Of a stretch of DNA of 64,000 nt, positions 39,900 through 52,465 are shown one piece after another. This stretch comes from Tubulanus polymorphus (lineage: Eukaryota > Animalia > Nemertea). The stretch spans positions 18,483,910-18,547,909 of the forward strand of contig NC_134031.1 in NCBI RefSeq assembly GCF_964204645.1, given 5' to 3'. Numbering within the stretch: the first letter of the stretch is position 1; each line of letters opens with the position of its first letter. The notes beneath the pieces are model-generated. The model saw only the letters and a program-made list of their open reading frames with translations. It made no database searches and was not told the origin of the DNA. The translations under genes and the position numbers were made by a program.

Positions 39900-41882
39900 C
39901 GTTCAGAGATTCGGTAGAAATGTTTTATGATTGTCGGTGTCAAAATCAATCTCATACACAATCACGTAATCATCGCCTCGACGATGAAGAGGCGACCGCG
40001 GTAAGCGGGTATTATCAACCCTGGAGAATGATTCGTTAAGACTATTAGAAACCCGACGAGTGTCGTTTAACACCGCATACAGATAACACTGATCATCAGC
40101 TGCAAGGGTTTTATTGTAATTGGGCCAATAAAAGCTACAGCCCGATTAGATGGTTTCAAGTACAGATCGCGTGAGGTTACAGAACACCACATGACCATAC
40201 ACACTGTGCTGCCATCTGCAGCACGGTGTAATCATCAAATTCATAGCGGGTTGAAATTCTGGGCCCAGTGAGCTCAGATTAATTGACTACGTAGGTTAAA
40301 CTCACAGTTCTAACTCACACCTGACTGTGGAATTGGATCTTGAGTTCAGAGTTGGGAAACTGAAATGTAATATGTTTCTTTTCTGTACTCTGAAAATCCC
40401 AGAAAATAGCTGTTACTCGGTTGACCAGGTAACCTTATCCCGTCATGACCTTAAAAAGCGGGACCACTCGCCAGAACTGTAGGTTATCCTCCGGCTGAGT
40501 CGATGTGTATAGCCAATTAGCTAAAACAACGTTTGTAAGTACTCATACATATACCGACTTCAATACCAATCCCCCGGGGGTTAAGTTTCTCTACCAGTAG
40601 TTAGTACAAGTTTGTCAAGTGTCTCAGGTGTTCATGGACGACGACTTTTACGGAGAATTGAAACTGAGCGGATTTTTTTCAAGGTGACATCAAACGGCAG
40701 AGCTCTCGGTGTGTGATTAATTAGGTAATAGCACTGTAGCAAGCGAGGATTGCGCCCCTCGCAAGGATCCAGCAGATATCCTGTGGTTACTCGTTATATA
40801 CATACTACTATTCGAGGGTCTCTATACAAAATCAAAAACGATAAGAAAATTCGTTCTGAGATTGATGTATTCCAACACGATCGATTTCGCCGATTCATTT
40901 CAGCCTCATCAGGATGTGCAGAAGGCATAAGCAAAATAAACAACTATTTAGCATATGAAAACAAGGATTTACACAGTAGTTCATATTCTACTTCGGTCGG
41001 ATCATTGTTATAATAGCATGGTAGATTTAGACTGGAATAATTAGGAATTGAAATTTATTTACATGGTATATGGAGCGGGACTATACAAAATAAGAGAAAA
41101 TGGAAATTTTTCTGAATGAAATATAACGAAGTTATAACCAAACACTATTTACAATATATTTTTCATCTTATTGGAGGGATTGACCCTGTTATTTATTTGA
41201 ATAGCAGATTTCGTTTGATTTTTTTATTCGGTGTCCCTTACAAATACACCACACTTGCCGGGAACGTAAAAATAACTATTGGAGACAGGAATAATCTTAT
41301 CCATTGGACCACAAATCCAGGGTATTGTTACGCCATCTGTTGTGCGCCGCGTGTACCCGATTTTATGAGCCAGACAGACAGGCGCTTGTACGGTCGGAGC
41401 ACTCCGCACGCGCTCGCTCGTTAGCACAACAACACGGATCATTAAGAATTGATAATTCAGTTCAATGAAGGAAGAACGACACAATTTTATCGAATGAAAG
41501 ACGGCGGCAACAGCGCGAACGAGCGGTATCAGAACATAACACCTGCTCTGAGTGTAAACACCATTTAGCAAACCACCGCCATTTATCAATATTGCTTTAT
41601 CTTAACGACTTAAAGACGTTGTGATGATGGCGCCGTTTCTGAAGATAACATCCTCGCGTAGCATTAAAAATGCATCGCAAAACTGCGACGAAAACTATTT
41701 GCGTTGCGTTGAGATCGTAACGACAAACGCCGTAGTATCGTCGAGCTTCGAGGGAGAGGCCGGGGAGCGTGTAATCACAGCCTCGACAAAGAGACGAAAC
41801 GACGACGAAAATGAAAATCTTCGAGACGAGAAACAACGACGGCTGCCAGAGAGAGAGAGAAAAAACATTCTTCATCTGTCGA
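39900..41882 (-). pseudogene. Truncated LRR-receptor head (signal peptide and LRRNT-like region)
   Basis: Acceptor ttttcgtag|tcgacagATG. ORF 41597-41875 has a signal-like KIFIFVVVSSLCRG, then CDYTLPGLSL...YGVC resembling the other heads, and ends at HNVFKSLR*. Confidence 0.4.
41166..41266 (+). repeat. Dispersed ~100-bp repeat, second copy inverted at 54081-54186
   Basis: gggattgaccctgttatttatttg...gtgtcccttacaaa..caccacac.tgccggga aligns between the two copies. Confidence 0.85.
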
Positions 41883-42789
41883 CTACGAAAATTGATTTAT
41901 CCGCCGAACTCACGTTTTCTGGTGACGTCACGTACTGCATCATTCAATTAACCACGAGGGGTCAATGTATCTAGTATTCATGGAAAATTTGCGAACGAAA
42001 AAAAACCGATCGTGAGGGGCCAAAACACACACAGGTCATTTCAGGAACGTTAGGTGCGGCTATTTCCCCCCGTTTTTCATGAGTACGCATGCGTGACTGA
42101 TGTCCATTACACCGGTATAAGTGTGAACATCCGGTACAGTCCTTCCACACATATAGACTATCAAAATGGAAAATATCACCAAGAAAATGTTTTGTATGCA
42201 TCACGAAATGCCACACCACGATTTTTAGATCACGTTATTCCGTATGGGGATTTAGTGGTAGATTTAATGGTAAGGGGACTGTGTGTCTCATCTCAGCTGT
42301 TACTGGGGGTGGGAGGTTCACACATACCCCTTTTAACACACTGCAACTTTCACTCAGCTTTCAGTGAAGTCATATCGACAAAGAGACACAGCAAGGACTG
42401 GCTGAAACTTTAGGTTAGCGTGTTGTGTACTCCAACACCTTGTGCCCATAACTCCTACAGTCAGTGAAGTTCACCAATAACCCTCATACTGCCTGTCCCG
42501 AGTCACTCGCTTTAGTTCGCATTACTTCATAGGCTAAGCGACGATCGTTGAAAGGGATTTTCTGTGAAGAAGATTTCTTATGTCTATAATCGACTTGTCG
42601 AGTAAGAGATATGCCATAGATTTGATTTAGTCACTCCGGTAAAGTGGTTTGCAAGAGGCCTCAAGAACGATAGAATACCAATTCAATTGACTTCGTTCGA
42701 CTACGAGGACCTTTAATGAAAGATTTCATTGCTCGATGCGCGTTTAACAAGAAGCGTTTAGTGCTACGGCTTCTACCAATAACCAAGTC

Positions 42790-43130
42790 ACTACTCTCCC
42801 CGTGAGTGAGGGTTCACCGAGAACCTATCGTACTCATCGGTGATCGTTGATTGTCCTACCGCACTTGTGAGGGAAGAGGGGTTCACCGAGAACTGTTCTG
42901 TTCTACTCGCTGCTCTCCCACCACATCTGAGCGGGTAAGGGGTTCAGTGAACCCTCTGATATGATCATCAGTGGCCTTAGGGTCGAGGAAGGGATTATAA
43001 GGAGCCCTATTACGGCTGATCTACTCGCCGTTCAGTCATAGCTGTGAAGAGAAGGGATTTCACTAAGAACCCGTTGCTCTCATCAGAGGCATCGAGGCCT
43101 TAGTGAGTGTTGCTCGGTGACTGTCACTAG
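42790..43130 (+). repeat. Degenerate higher-order repeat with GGGTTC..GAACCC hairpins
   Basis: Motif at 42810, 42879, 42940, 42991 and 43054. Confidence 0.6.
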
Positions 43131-45009
43131 AGCCTCAAGGTGGTACGTCTGTTAATCTTTTATATTTTGAAAATCTGATTTCTGTGTAACTAAGAATTGT
43201 TCTAGTTTGATATTCAGAAGATGTCTGCAGGGAAAAAATGATCGTTCTTTTTACCATAAGGAGTGCACGTCTCTAAAGCAACCGACGAATGAAATTCAAA
43301 CCGTATAATCCACCAATCTCTGGGCTCCAGTCGCGACGAACTCAACCCGAAACCATTTTTGAAATACGCTAACCGTAATAGGGCAAACGCTAGGATTTTG
43401 TAACCGAGCTATTATTGCGGATATCACATTCTATGGACGAGAGATTTATGGCGGGCAGAAAAACCGGCAATGCTGCATATTGCAATAAAACATTTACGAG
43501 TAATCTTCGCAATATCAACTTCTCCCGGACATTTCTCTGTATCATTTACTTAATTCGCTACGAACGTCGTTTATATTATTTGTGTGTCGTTTACCAGAAC
43601 GAATGAAAACCGATACGAAACGACGAAAAACACCAATTAACTTCCTCGACCGAACTAGTCCAGCGTGTGGCGGTACTCTGGTGAAAGATGAACGCCGAGA
43701 GACCGACAAAGAGATGAGGAGAGGGAGAGGGAGAGGGAGCGGGAGAGGCAGATGGAGAGGGAGAGACAAAGAGATGAGGAGAGGGAGACGGAGAGGGAGA
43801 GACAGATGAAGACGGAGAGGTTGAGGGAGACGGAGAGGGCTTGTGTACCGACTGACCAATATCAAACTGCTGCAACTCTGTTCACAGGGATTACCGGTAC
43901 CGGTTCATCTGTGAGATTTCCCATCAGTCCAATAGCCCCGGTCGCGTTAGTATAGAAGTATCGAATCGAACAGCAGCAGACGACATCGAGTACAGCACAG
44001 TACACTGAAATACAGCGACCGTCGACCGTACCACTTCACACAATGACTTCAGATTTCAAAATATGTTTATACTGGGCTCATCGACAAAATGAAACCTTAT
44101 AAATCGGGGTTTAGATTTCTGCTCAAAAGTTGAATCATGTTTACTATCAGATATTCTAACAATGTATATAGCTTCAAGTAACTATGTAACTTTTGAAAGA
44201 CTAGATGGGTACAATTTGCAGTCATATTTTGAATGGGTTTTACTTAGGTTAGATTGCTGCATTTTGCTATATGTCAGTATCAGATAGGTGTGTGATATAG
44301 TATATCGTCACGTGGACGTCAGCCTGTCGCTGACAGCAGATTTACTGGGTATAAACACCAGGTACAAAATATTCAATCTTTAGATACCTATCGGTTCCGC
44401 CGTGTCTGAAGTATTCAGAATTTAATTACCCGTAAAGACGATTTGGTACTAAAACAAATTACTTTTTAATAACGCAGTTTGATCTCGGTCGGTTTTAATA
44501 AATTAATGGCACGGAACGTTGATTTGATCTACGCTTCGTTTTGCCTCATTAAGTTTGGGTTTTACGTAAAGCCTGCTGCAGACACATAGCGATCGCATTT
44601 TAGAAAAGGGAGAATTTCCTTTGATGATTTTTCTTTGATGAAGAAAATTCAAATGTTAAATTATTCATTAATATTACATCCTATAGTTACTGATTTTAGT
44701 ATCAGTTCTGGTAAACTTAACATATTTTTTTCTGGTAGATTTCATTACCCTCAGGGTGGATACAAATCTGGGAATCCAAAATGCCCTTATATGTCTTAGA
44801 TCTCCCCGGATTTATAAGATCCATAGTGGGGGCTTTCTAATCAAGAGGTTCCATCTGCCATTCCTCAGCATGAAAAACAAAACAACAAAAACTGTATTAC
44901 CCTGACTAGTCACGAGAAACGTCAAAATTCCCTGCTTTCCCTGCAGGGAATATTACATCCGAAATTCCCCCGATTTCCCCTGATCTGTCAGAATCCCGAA
45001 TTACTTATC

Positions 45010-45237
45010 ATACTCAACATTAAGATCAAAAACCTACTATCTGCAGATTAAAAGAATTTAAAAACAAGAATTTATTTATTCAAATTAAAATATATAGAAT
45101 ACACGACGTTTCGATCTCACCCTAGAGATCATCGTCACATCTTGTTTTTAAATTCTTTTAATCTGTCGATAGTAGGTTTTTGATCTTATTATCCGTTCAC
45201 CACGTTTGAGTTTGGTTATCGTTCTATACTCAGCATT
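45010..45237 (-). mobile_element. Penelope-like element remnant (inverted pLTR fragments with hammerhead core)
   Basis: 49-bp inverted repeat 45021-45069 / 45140-45188. Minus strand TGACGA-T-GATCTC-TAGGGT-GAGATC-GAAA-CGTC at ~45104-45137. Flanking direct repeat ATACTCA(A/G)CATT. Confidence 0.7.
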
Positions 45238-45925
45238 TTTGGCCTCGAGTTTGTTAATCAATGTTATGAAATAAAAGAAAGTCAACCATCCCTCTCTATC
45301 TCAGGAGGGTCAGCGCGAGTGATGATCTCGGAGGCGACGATTAAAAAAGCTCGAACTGGATGTAAAAATATCGCCGACTCACAGTGTCTGGTCTTCACGG
45401 CGCTGAGAACGGGACAACAAGGGACGGAAGTGAGAAACAATGCAATTAGTGACAAGCACTTGTCACAAATGGCCGGGGACATCGGAGAGAGTTAGCGCCA
45501 ACTGTAACTGTTGATGAATAATCGTCTCCTGTCTCGATGTTTAATAAACTACGAATCGATCTACACGACTTCAACAGGCGGGGAATGTTTCGTGTTTACG
45601 ACAACGCACGAGATTCACCGCTCCTGTCGACGGCGGCGATTAGTACCTGGCGCTCGGTACATCGTTCACCGCAACGGCACAAGAAGAAACGACGGTGTAT
45701 TTTATAATTGCTCTCAACTCGCTGATTACAAGTTGACAGTCGACAGTGTGACAGAAGACAGAGATGTGAAGATGCGGCGGTGCGTGGGAAGAAACACGGT
45801 TTCCCTTTCTGTTGAATTATATCAGGAATAAAGTGACACACTCCACCAGTTACACCCGAGAACACCCCCTCCCCCCTCCCCCTCCCTACTTGACACAAAT
45901 TACATAATCACACAACTTCGGAACT

Positions 45926-46195
45926 AGATCAATTCTACAGTTCTACGGTTTAATTTGACTCAGAACCCAGATCCACAGTTGTGTAGGTTTTAATTGACTC
46001 TGAACCCAGTTCCACAGTCGTGTGAGTTTAATTTGACTCTGAACCCAGTTCCCCAGTTTTGTGGGTTTTATTTTGACTCTGAACCCAGTTCCGCGGGTTT
46101 AATTTGACTCCGAATCCAGTTCCATGGTTTTGTTGGGTGATTAAGATGTCATATCCTCATCTCTAACTCGAGTCAAAAATTAAATCCACAACCGC
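45926..46195 (+). repeat. 39-bp minisatellite, about 5 units plus one inverted unit
   Basis: Direct units at 45926-46125; inverted gagtcaaaaattaaatccacaacc at ~46170-46193. Confidence 0.9.
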
Positions 46196-46828
46196 AAATT
46201 CGCGAGGTCTAACTTGGCATTTATGAAACATATTTTTGTTTACAGTTCCTTGCAGGCAGGAGATAGAAATGTTCGCCGTTCGAAGGACAAACTAATTTCG
46301 ACTATAATTGAACTGTCAAAATCTGTGTAAATGATATTTGTTAGAGACACGGGGAGAGGGAGAATGGAAAGCCGATCATATCTTCAGATTGTCACACACG
46401 ATGACTGAGTATTCTCCTACCCTACTGAACTCATTCTGAAGCAGCGGCGAAGCTATGTCTACGTTAAGGATACGGCGAAAGGTTCTTTTTTAACTGCAGG
46501 GATAAAGATTCCTGGATGAAGACGGCTACAGCTAAGTCATAAAAGACCCGTCGAAGGTGAAGGGAAATCCGGATATATCCATTCTATTTCCACATCGTAG
46601 ATATAGACAGAGTCGAGTTCAATATTCTGAAACTGATCTTCTTTCCTAGGAATCCTGAAATTTCCTATCGACGATAAATTTTTCTGCTCACCGAAATTCA
46701 CGAATTATCCACGTACAGAGTTTCTTTCAGTAGAATCTGTAACCGGGATTCGTTGCAAAAAAAGAAATGATATTGCTACGACTTTAGAACCGGCCAGACA
46801 TCCATGCAATCAACAGTTGCACATATGT

Positions 46829-47019
<191 letters not shown>

Positions 47020-47540
47020 TCCCATCTTATGCTCAGACGGCACTTGTTCATTGATGACCCTTATCGGTTGCCATTTAACTGGAATACTTAGATATGTTTT
47101 CATACCACAAATAATGGAAGTGATGGGATTCGAACCGACGAGACGGCAGTTGATTTTTTGTCACCACCCCCAATTATGATTCCCCAAGGAATTATTGGTT
47201 ATTTTAAAACTGCTATCAACGAACGAGTCTGCGCTGAAATTTGTGCATGATTTCCCAGCGCCCTCGATGGTATTTGTGTTACAACCGTTTTTTAGAAATG
47301 CCGCGTGTTTTTTGTCTGTTGTTTGTCTTACAGACGTTATATTGATAAGCGCTATAAACTAGTGCATGTAGCTTCGACTGCTTCCCAATAATCTGAAAAC
47401 TGAATCTTTAGTTCAACCAATCAACCAAAAAGGCAGAGCTCGACTAACAACGACTTCCGCAAGAAATCAATAAATACCAATTGACATTTCCGTAATTTTT
47501 AATAGTAAAAGATTTTTGCCACTAATTCATAATAATCAGC

Positions 47541-47804
47541 TTAAAGCAACAACAAGAAAAATGTTATCATCGAAATAATGAGACCCCAAATCGTTTTCGT
47601 CGATGTGTTATTGGCTCCGTTAAGTCCAGTTCCCTGGTTGCAACCGGAACCCTTGCAACAACTTAGATCGAGGATTTTTGTCCACAAAGTTTCAAAAAGC
47701 GCCGCCTTAACGACCATTAGTTGGTCGTTCGTACAACTAATGACGTCATCGGTACATCCTCGCTTGATTGACAATCCATTGGCTTCGTCAATGTAAGTGA
47801 TTCG
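47541..47804 (-). CDS. Ly6/uPAR protein, coding exon 3 (CCxxxxCN motif and GPI signal)
   Basis: Acceptor cttttcttccaaacag|. Encodes RITYIDEANGLSIKRGC...SCCKGSGCN...TIWGLIISMITFFLLLL*. The joined protein is 144 aa with 10 Cys, the canonical LU-domain ending and a hydrophobic C-terminal tail. ATTAAA lies about 40 nt past the stop. Confidence 0.88.
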   Translation of the reverse strand, partial: RITYIDEANGLSIKRGCTDDVISCTNDQLMVVKAALFETLWTKILDLSCCKGSGCNQGTGLNGANNTSTKTIWGLIISMITFFLLLL

Positions 47805-48119
47805 CTGTTTGGAAGAAAAGAAACGTGGAAGCTAAGCATCTTTAAAAAATGTGAAATGGGGCATTACGAAGTTGATCGACATGTCATGTATTTTGATATA
47901 GAGCAAGGATGTAGTATGGCTATAATAACATTTGCTGGAATAATTTAAGAGGATTCTGGACAGCCTTGTTTGATTTAGCGGAAAGATTTAAAGGAAACAT
48001 TAAAGCAATAAAAAGGTTTTCGGAAATCTTTTCTATTTGGAAAATTTCAATCGTGGATTTCATTAATTAAATAGTGATATAGTAAACAGGCGAAAACGGC
48101 GGGAATCTACGTTCTTCAT

Positions 48120-48190
48120 AATATGGCTCGAAGGACCGGGTGTTTGACTCGCAATTTAGATGCGGTGAGTTCGAACCCCGTCGTCCGCGT
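48120..48190 (+). mobile_element. tRNA-derived SINE head, antisense in Ly6 intron 2
   Basis: A-box TGGCTCGAAGG and B-box GAGTTCGAACC at tRNA-like spacing; no intact cloverleaf seen. Confidence 0.5.
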
Positions 48191-48209
48191 TATTTTATCA
48201 TCTACTCAC

Positions 48210-48325
48210 GTAACACTGTTCCGGGCATTCGACTATTTCTAAACTCTCGCACATCCCGTCGACGCCGACCTGTTTGATGCCGATACAGTCCCCTCTCCAA
48301 CACGACCCATTCGAGCTTTCACTTC
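48210..48325 (-). CDS. Ly6/uPAR protein, coding exon 2
   Basis: Acceptor tttctttcccgtgtttcaag| (an in-frame alternative tttag| would start the exon at 48373). Encodes (G)SESSNGSCWRGDCIGIKQVGVDGMCESLEIVECPEQCY with 5 Cys. Phase-0 donor TAC|gtgagt. Confidence 0.85.
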
Positions 48326-48495
48326 CTTGAAACACGGGAAAGAAACTTATATAAACGCATACAAAACGAAGTGCTAAATTCTGAACTCAGTTCAGCGGTA
48401 ATTAGTTCCGATCCGATTCAATTCGATCTTCAGAAATTGTCAGTTTCAAAAATACCAATCTATTAAGAAAATGAAACAGGACTCGATAACACTAC

Positions 48496-48550
48496 CTTTC
48501 ACCATGATCAAAACGCCGACGATTGCGACCAATATTTCAATAGGGGCCAT
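48496..48550 (-). CDS. Ly6/uPAR (three-finger) GPI-anchored protein, coding exon 1 (signal peptide)
   Basis: ATG at 48550 encodes MAPIEILVAIVGVLIMVK+G, then a phase-1 donor AAG|gtagtg. A pyrimidine tract plus aag about 20 nt upstream of the ATG suggests a further 5' UTR exon. Confidence 0.8.
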
Positions 48551-48739
48551 CTTTATTTTATATCATCACCTTTTGAAAAAAAAGAAAAAACACGAACAGC
48601 CGAATATATTCACCACAGGTGATAGATTATGATTTCATTAAAGAGAATAAGGAAAAGAGAAAAATAATTCGATTATTTTCTTCGACGATCTCTGAAATCA
48701 CCCCACCCCCAACCCTTATTCCACCACGCGCGTCAATTC

Positions 48740-51470
48740 AATTGCTCTCATAGGATTTTGCGCGATGGAAATCGATCAAATCGTGTTTGATTAAGGTTCT
48801 TGTAACGACGCCAAGAGCTCGTTAATGATAGCTCGCGATATCATTCGAAATGCATTTACTATTCACACACCAGACAATATTAGGTTCAAAACTCTCTATA
48901 AAATGAATGGAGCTTCAGACGCGAAACATTTCCATCGGAAATTCATCAAAATGTTTTTACTTTTCTTATTTCATTATTATGTCATATTTAGTAATATCGG
49001 TTTCAGATATGAAATATTCTAGTATGTAAGTGAGTATAGGAAACGAACAAAATATGTTTCTGTAAAACTGTCCTTGAAACAAAGCTATGTAAAAAAAATC
49101 TATTCAGAAAATATGAAAATAACTAGCCACTGAATCGTTATTTTTCATCATCATTATCATTGTCTATTAGCATTTCTTATTTAACATTACTTATCATTAT
49201 TACTTATCAATATTTATCATCATCATAATCATCATAAATCTATGTTTCTCCCATGTGACCTGGACGTCCACACAGGCTTTATGACTCTGTTCAAACCCAT
49301 CATCAATTTCCAATTTTTACCGTGTTTAATTTTAACCTGAGGTCATTTGATGGCAAAATAGATAATGTTATGATTAACAAGGAAAAAGTGTGTATATTTC
49401 CAAGATGACGGTAAAATTGACGTTTGTCTTAGTGAGAGTTTGCTCAAACGAATGAAATAACAATCTGTCACATTTTTAATGAAATATATCTTGTTAATGT
49501 ATTAAAACTTTTGAGAATTACCTAAATCAAAAAATTGTCACTGAAATGTTCCAGAAATAGAATCCCGAAACTGTTCGAAAATAAACAAGATATTTCTGTG
49601 AGAGATTCTTGTTTTGTTCGTTTGAGCCAACTCTGAAAAATAGTATCAACTTACCAAGTAAACGCTTATATTGTTCCAATCTCGTGTAGTACTGTGTGTT
49701 ACGTGTATCGGGTGGTCCTCGGAGCCCATATGTTACCCGAACTCGCCTCAGTACCCAATTTCAGTGATCAATGCACAGCTCTCAAATCTGAGCCGGGTTA
49801 AATCGATTTGACGTGATGAAATAGTGATATTCGAAATATGTTATGACCGAAAAGGCATGATTTATTGGTAACCGTTAATGAAACGAGTTGACAAAACAAT
49901 CAGTCAAGCCCAGGATTCAACGTTTCGACTGTATCCCAATTGGGAAACTCTTAAGTTGGTTCTGGATTTTATGTTGTATATATTTCTATATTTCATAATT
50001 TTGTTGTTACTTTCATATTCCTGATGATGACTATTAGGTCAGTGGAAAGGTTAAATGGAATATTTACAGCAACATTTCGGATTCTTTTTTCTTTACTTAT
50101 CGTGAGGTTTTAAAACTAATTAATCTAACTCATATAACGGGGAACCGAGTCCTGTCATCAATTGCTATCAATAATTAAAAGGTTCTATGAATAATTTTTC
50201 GGGTCGTTTCATTTTGAAATTATCATCGCTGCCGTCTTCAAAACCGTAAGAGTTACTTATAACGATAGATGCCGTAAAAACGGGGTTAATTTTCTATTCC
50301 GATCGAGCGAAACAGAAACCAGCTGAAATCAGTTAAAGCATCATCATCAAATGATAATAGATTTTTAGACTATTTGCCGTTATTGTAATTGACAATCTCT
50401 GCTGGAAGGAAATTAAGGTCGACATCGAAATAAAAACCGGGAAATTTGCAGCTGCGTCGCGCGATCAACTGTAAATTAACCGATGCAATTTAAAAACACC
50501 GAAAACCAATGTAGAAAAATGTATGTTTTTCGGGAAGTAATGTTTCTGGTGGTTGCGCAGTTCCGCTCTTGTTTGGTTTGAAGCGAGCGACGGTAAATCC
50601 GGTGAACTGATTAGAATACCCGAACGCCTCTAGACGCGAGCTAGGCGATGTATCGTTTACATCCTGTGGGTAAATATTCGAATTCTAGTGTGGAATTACG
50701 GCAAGAAAACTAATCAGTTTTAATCAAAATTATTCAATCTTCCCTCCCGGCAAAATTCATTCCGAATAAGCGAGATCCAGCACTCCACGTTTCTGTGGGC
50801 TAAGGAGAGTCACTCAGAGTCAACTTCTTGAAAATTAACCTTGGTAATCGTGGGTTGTGAATGGGCATTAATGAAATAATGAAATTACATCGTGAATCGA
50901 AATTATGATTAGTTGCTTTTGGCTACTTTTACTGCCAAGGAAAAAAACCAAGGCCCGGTTGCACAGTCGTGACTTAAGTGTTAAAGCGGTCTTAGCCATG
51001 ACTGTGCAACTGGCCCCAGTTTAACAGTTTTCCGTTGAAATCTAAGGTCATATTTTGAAAGCGAATTAACTTCTTCGCTTGAGTCGATCTTGACAGGAAT
51101 CTATGAAATTGGGTCCCTGATGATATGATTCTCGTTCGTAAAACATTATTGCACACACAGAGAGGACGCGCGTGAATATGATACGATAATAGATCGTCGA
51201 TAGAACGATAATCATAGGTGATTTTATTATATCGTTATTGACATTTCGGTGCAAATTGGAGAAATTGTGTAGTCGTATGTGCTGTTTATTTGTGTTCGGT
51301 GATTTGTATCGAATTGCACGCGACCGCAATCTGTGAAACCATAACTCCACGAATCCGCCCAGTAGAGGTTTCTTACATCCTCGTCCTGTTTCGATTTGAC
51401 TACGCCATATTGGTCAGCAAACATAGTAATAGATATATGATCATAACAGACCCTCGAAGTTTGTAAATCC
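48740..51470 (-). pseudogene. Decayed TLR/LRR ectodomain remnant
   Basis: Signal-like MIIYLLLCLLTNMA*, head YGFTDCGR (ORF 51227-51424), LRRs GVLDLAY (~50775) and LSFDDDALTDF/VSLDRNR (~50290-50365), and LRRCT-start-like ISIAQNP (~48750-48775). Confidence 0.45.
50952..51016. mobile_element. 65-bp hairpin MITE
   Basis: GGCCCGGTTGCACAGTCGTGACTTAAG / CTTAGCCATGACTGTGCAACTGGCCC, flanks caa/cag. Confidence 0.75.
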
Positions 51471-51824
51471 CCTTATTAGTCGTTGTTTTATGAATAGTCT
51501 CCAGGATCCAGTTCTGAGTAAAAATTTTTCATTTTCAATATGTAAAATCTTAACTGACAACTGTGGAACTGGATTCTCAGTCGTTGCCAAATAAACTATA
51601 ACGTGTTTGACCTATTTATACTCAATGAATCATTGCGCCACCAAATCTGACGATGAATTTAACGATTGAAAAACATCACTTTTTCAATATTTATCAAACG
51701 CTGTATTTTTTTCTGATGTTCTTTCGACAATTTACACGACATCTAAATAGAAAACTATATCTTCCGATGTTAAAATCAGCATTTGACGAAGGCGAAATTG
51801 ATTATATATAGATGGTAAAGTCTA

Positions 51825-52026
51825 TTAGAATCCGTTTGACCAGTATCCAGTGCGGAACTGCTTGCATTTTCCGATGTGGCCCTTCACTCCTGTATAGTAT
51901 TTTGACCAGTACTGTATCGAACAGTAGTAACCCTGACAACAGTCGGACGATCGCAGACAAGATTTGGCGCATCGGTCGTAATTCGGGGATTCGAACCAAC
52001 CGTTACCCCAGAAATCACGGCGTAGC
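51825..52026 (-). CDS. Knottin-like prepropeptide, coding exon 3 (furin-type site and mature Cys-rich peptide)
   Basis: Acceptor ttttattttcag|. Encodes (R)LRR then DFWGNGWFESPNYDRCAKSCLRSSDCCQGYYCSIQYWSKYYTGVKGHIGKCKQFRTGYWSNGF*. Cys pattern C-x3-C-x5-CC-x4-C-x18-C. Confidence 0.75.
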
Positions 52027-52152
52027 CTGAAAATAAAATTCAAGGGCCAGTTTTATAGACATATAGGAGCCAAGGAGTCGAGTGGGTGGTAATTCTTTAG
52101 GTCTTATTATCACAAAAATTGATACACTATTCAAACATATCTATATGACCAG

Positions 52153-52200
52153 GACCCAATTGCACTGATAAGATTTGACTCAGAACTGTGGAACCGGGTC
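52153..52200. mobile_element. 48-bp mini-MITE with CAG target-site duplication
   Basis: CAG|GACCCAATTGCAC...GTGGAACCGGGTC|CAG. The TIR matches the 5' part of the 39-bp minisatellite unit. A similar element lies at 51505-51576. Confidence 0.65.
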
Positions 52201-52465
52201 CAGTATATGATGTCACCACGCCTGATTGGTTACTATCCCTAATGGTCACCGCACTGGCCAGTCAAAACTTATTCTTTAGGACTCATTCCAGTGCAAAGGT
52301 TGAGACGCTTGACTGACAAGCTGGAGGTACCAGGTTCTAGGCAAGCCACGTTTCCAGCCCAGCCAGCTTTATGTTTAGTGGCCAGGACTTTTGTTGGAGT
52401 TTTGATGGCACTTTGTCTGAAAGCTTTTGCCGTCTTATTTTGAAAATGGAATTTGTGTGTCTTAC

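Larger units (their letters stand above)
44450..46800 (-). pseudogene. Decayed TLR remnant
   Basis: LRR-like LKETLYVDN and HPGIFIP (46490-46735). Cys plus TM-like DKCLSLIALFLTSV (ORF 45282-45482). TIR-like KEILPFLK / RSLCVCSR at 44570-44621. Confidence 0.45.

Noticed and set aside
42800-43095. CTGATGA motifs on the minus strand as hammerhead ribozymes
   Set aside because: GAAA does not directly close a stem II, and stems I/III are absent.
48551-48570. TATAAA upstream of the Ly6 ATG as a TATA box
   Set aside because: It is less than about 15 nt from the ATG and downstream of a probable splice acceptor, so it is likely 5' UTR.
51980-52005. B-box GGTTCGAATCC (minus strand) as a tRNA; also 33623, 47125, 48120 and 52285
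   Set aside because: No complete cloverleaf. The 52.0 kb instance is coding sequence (WFES) of the knottin exon.
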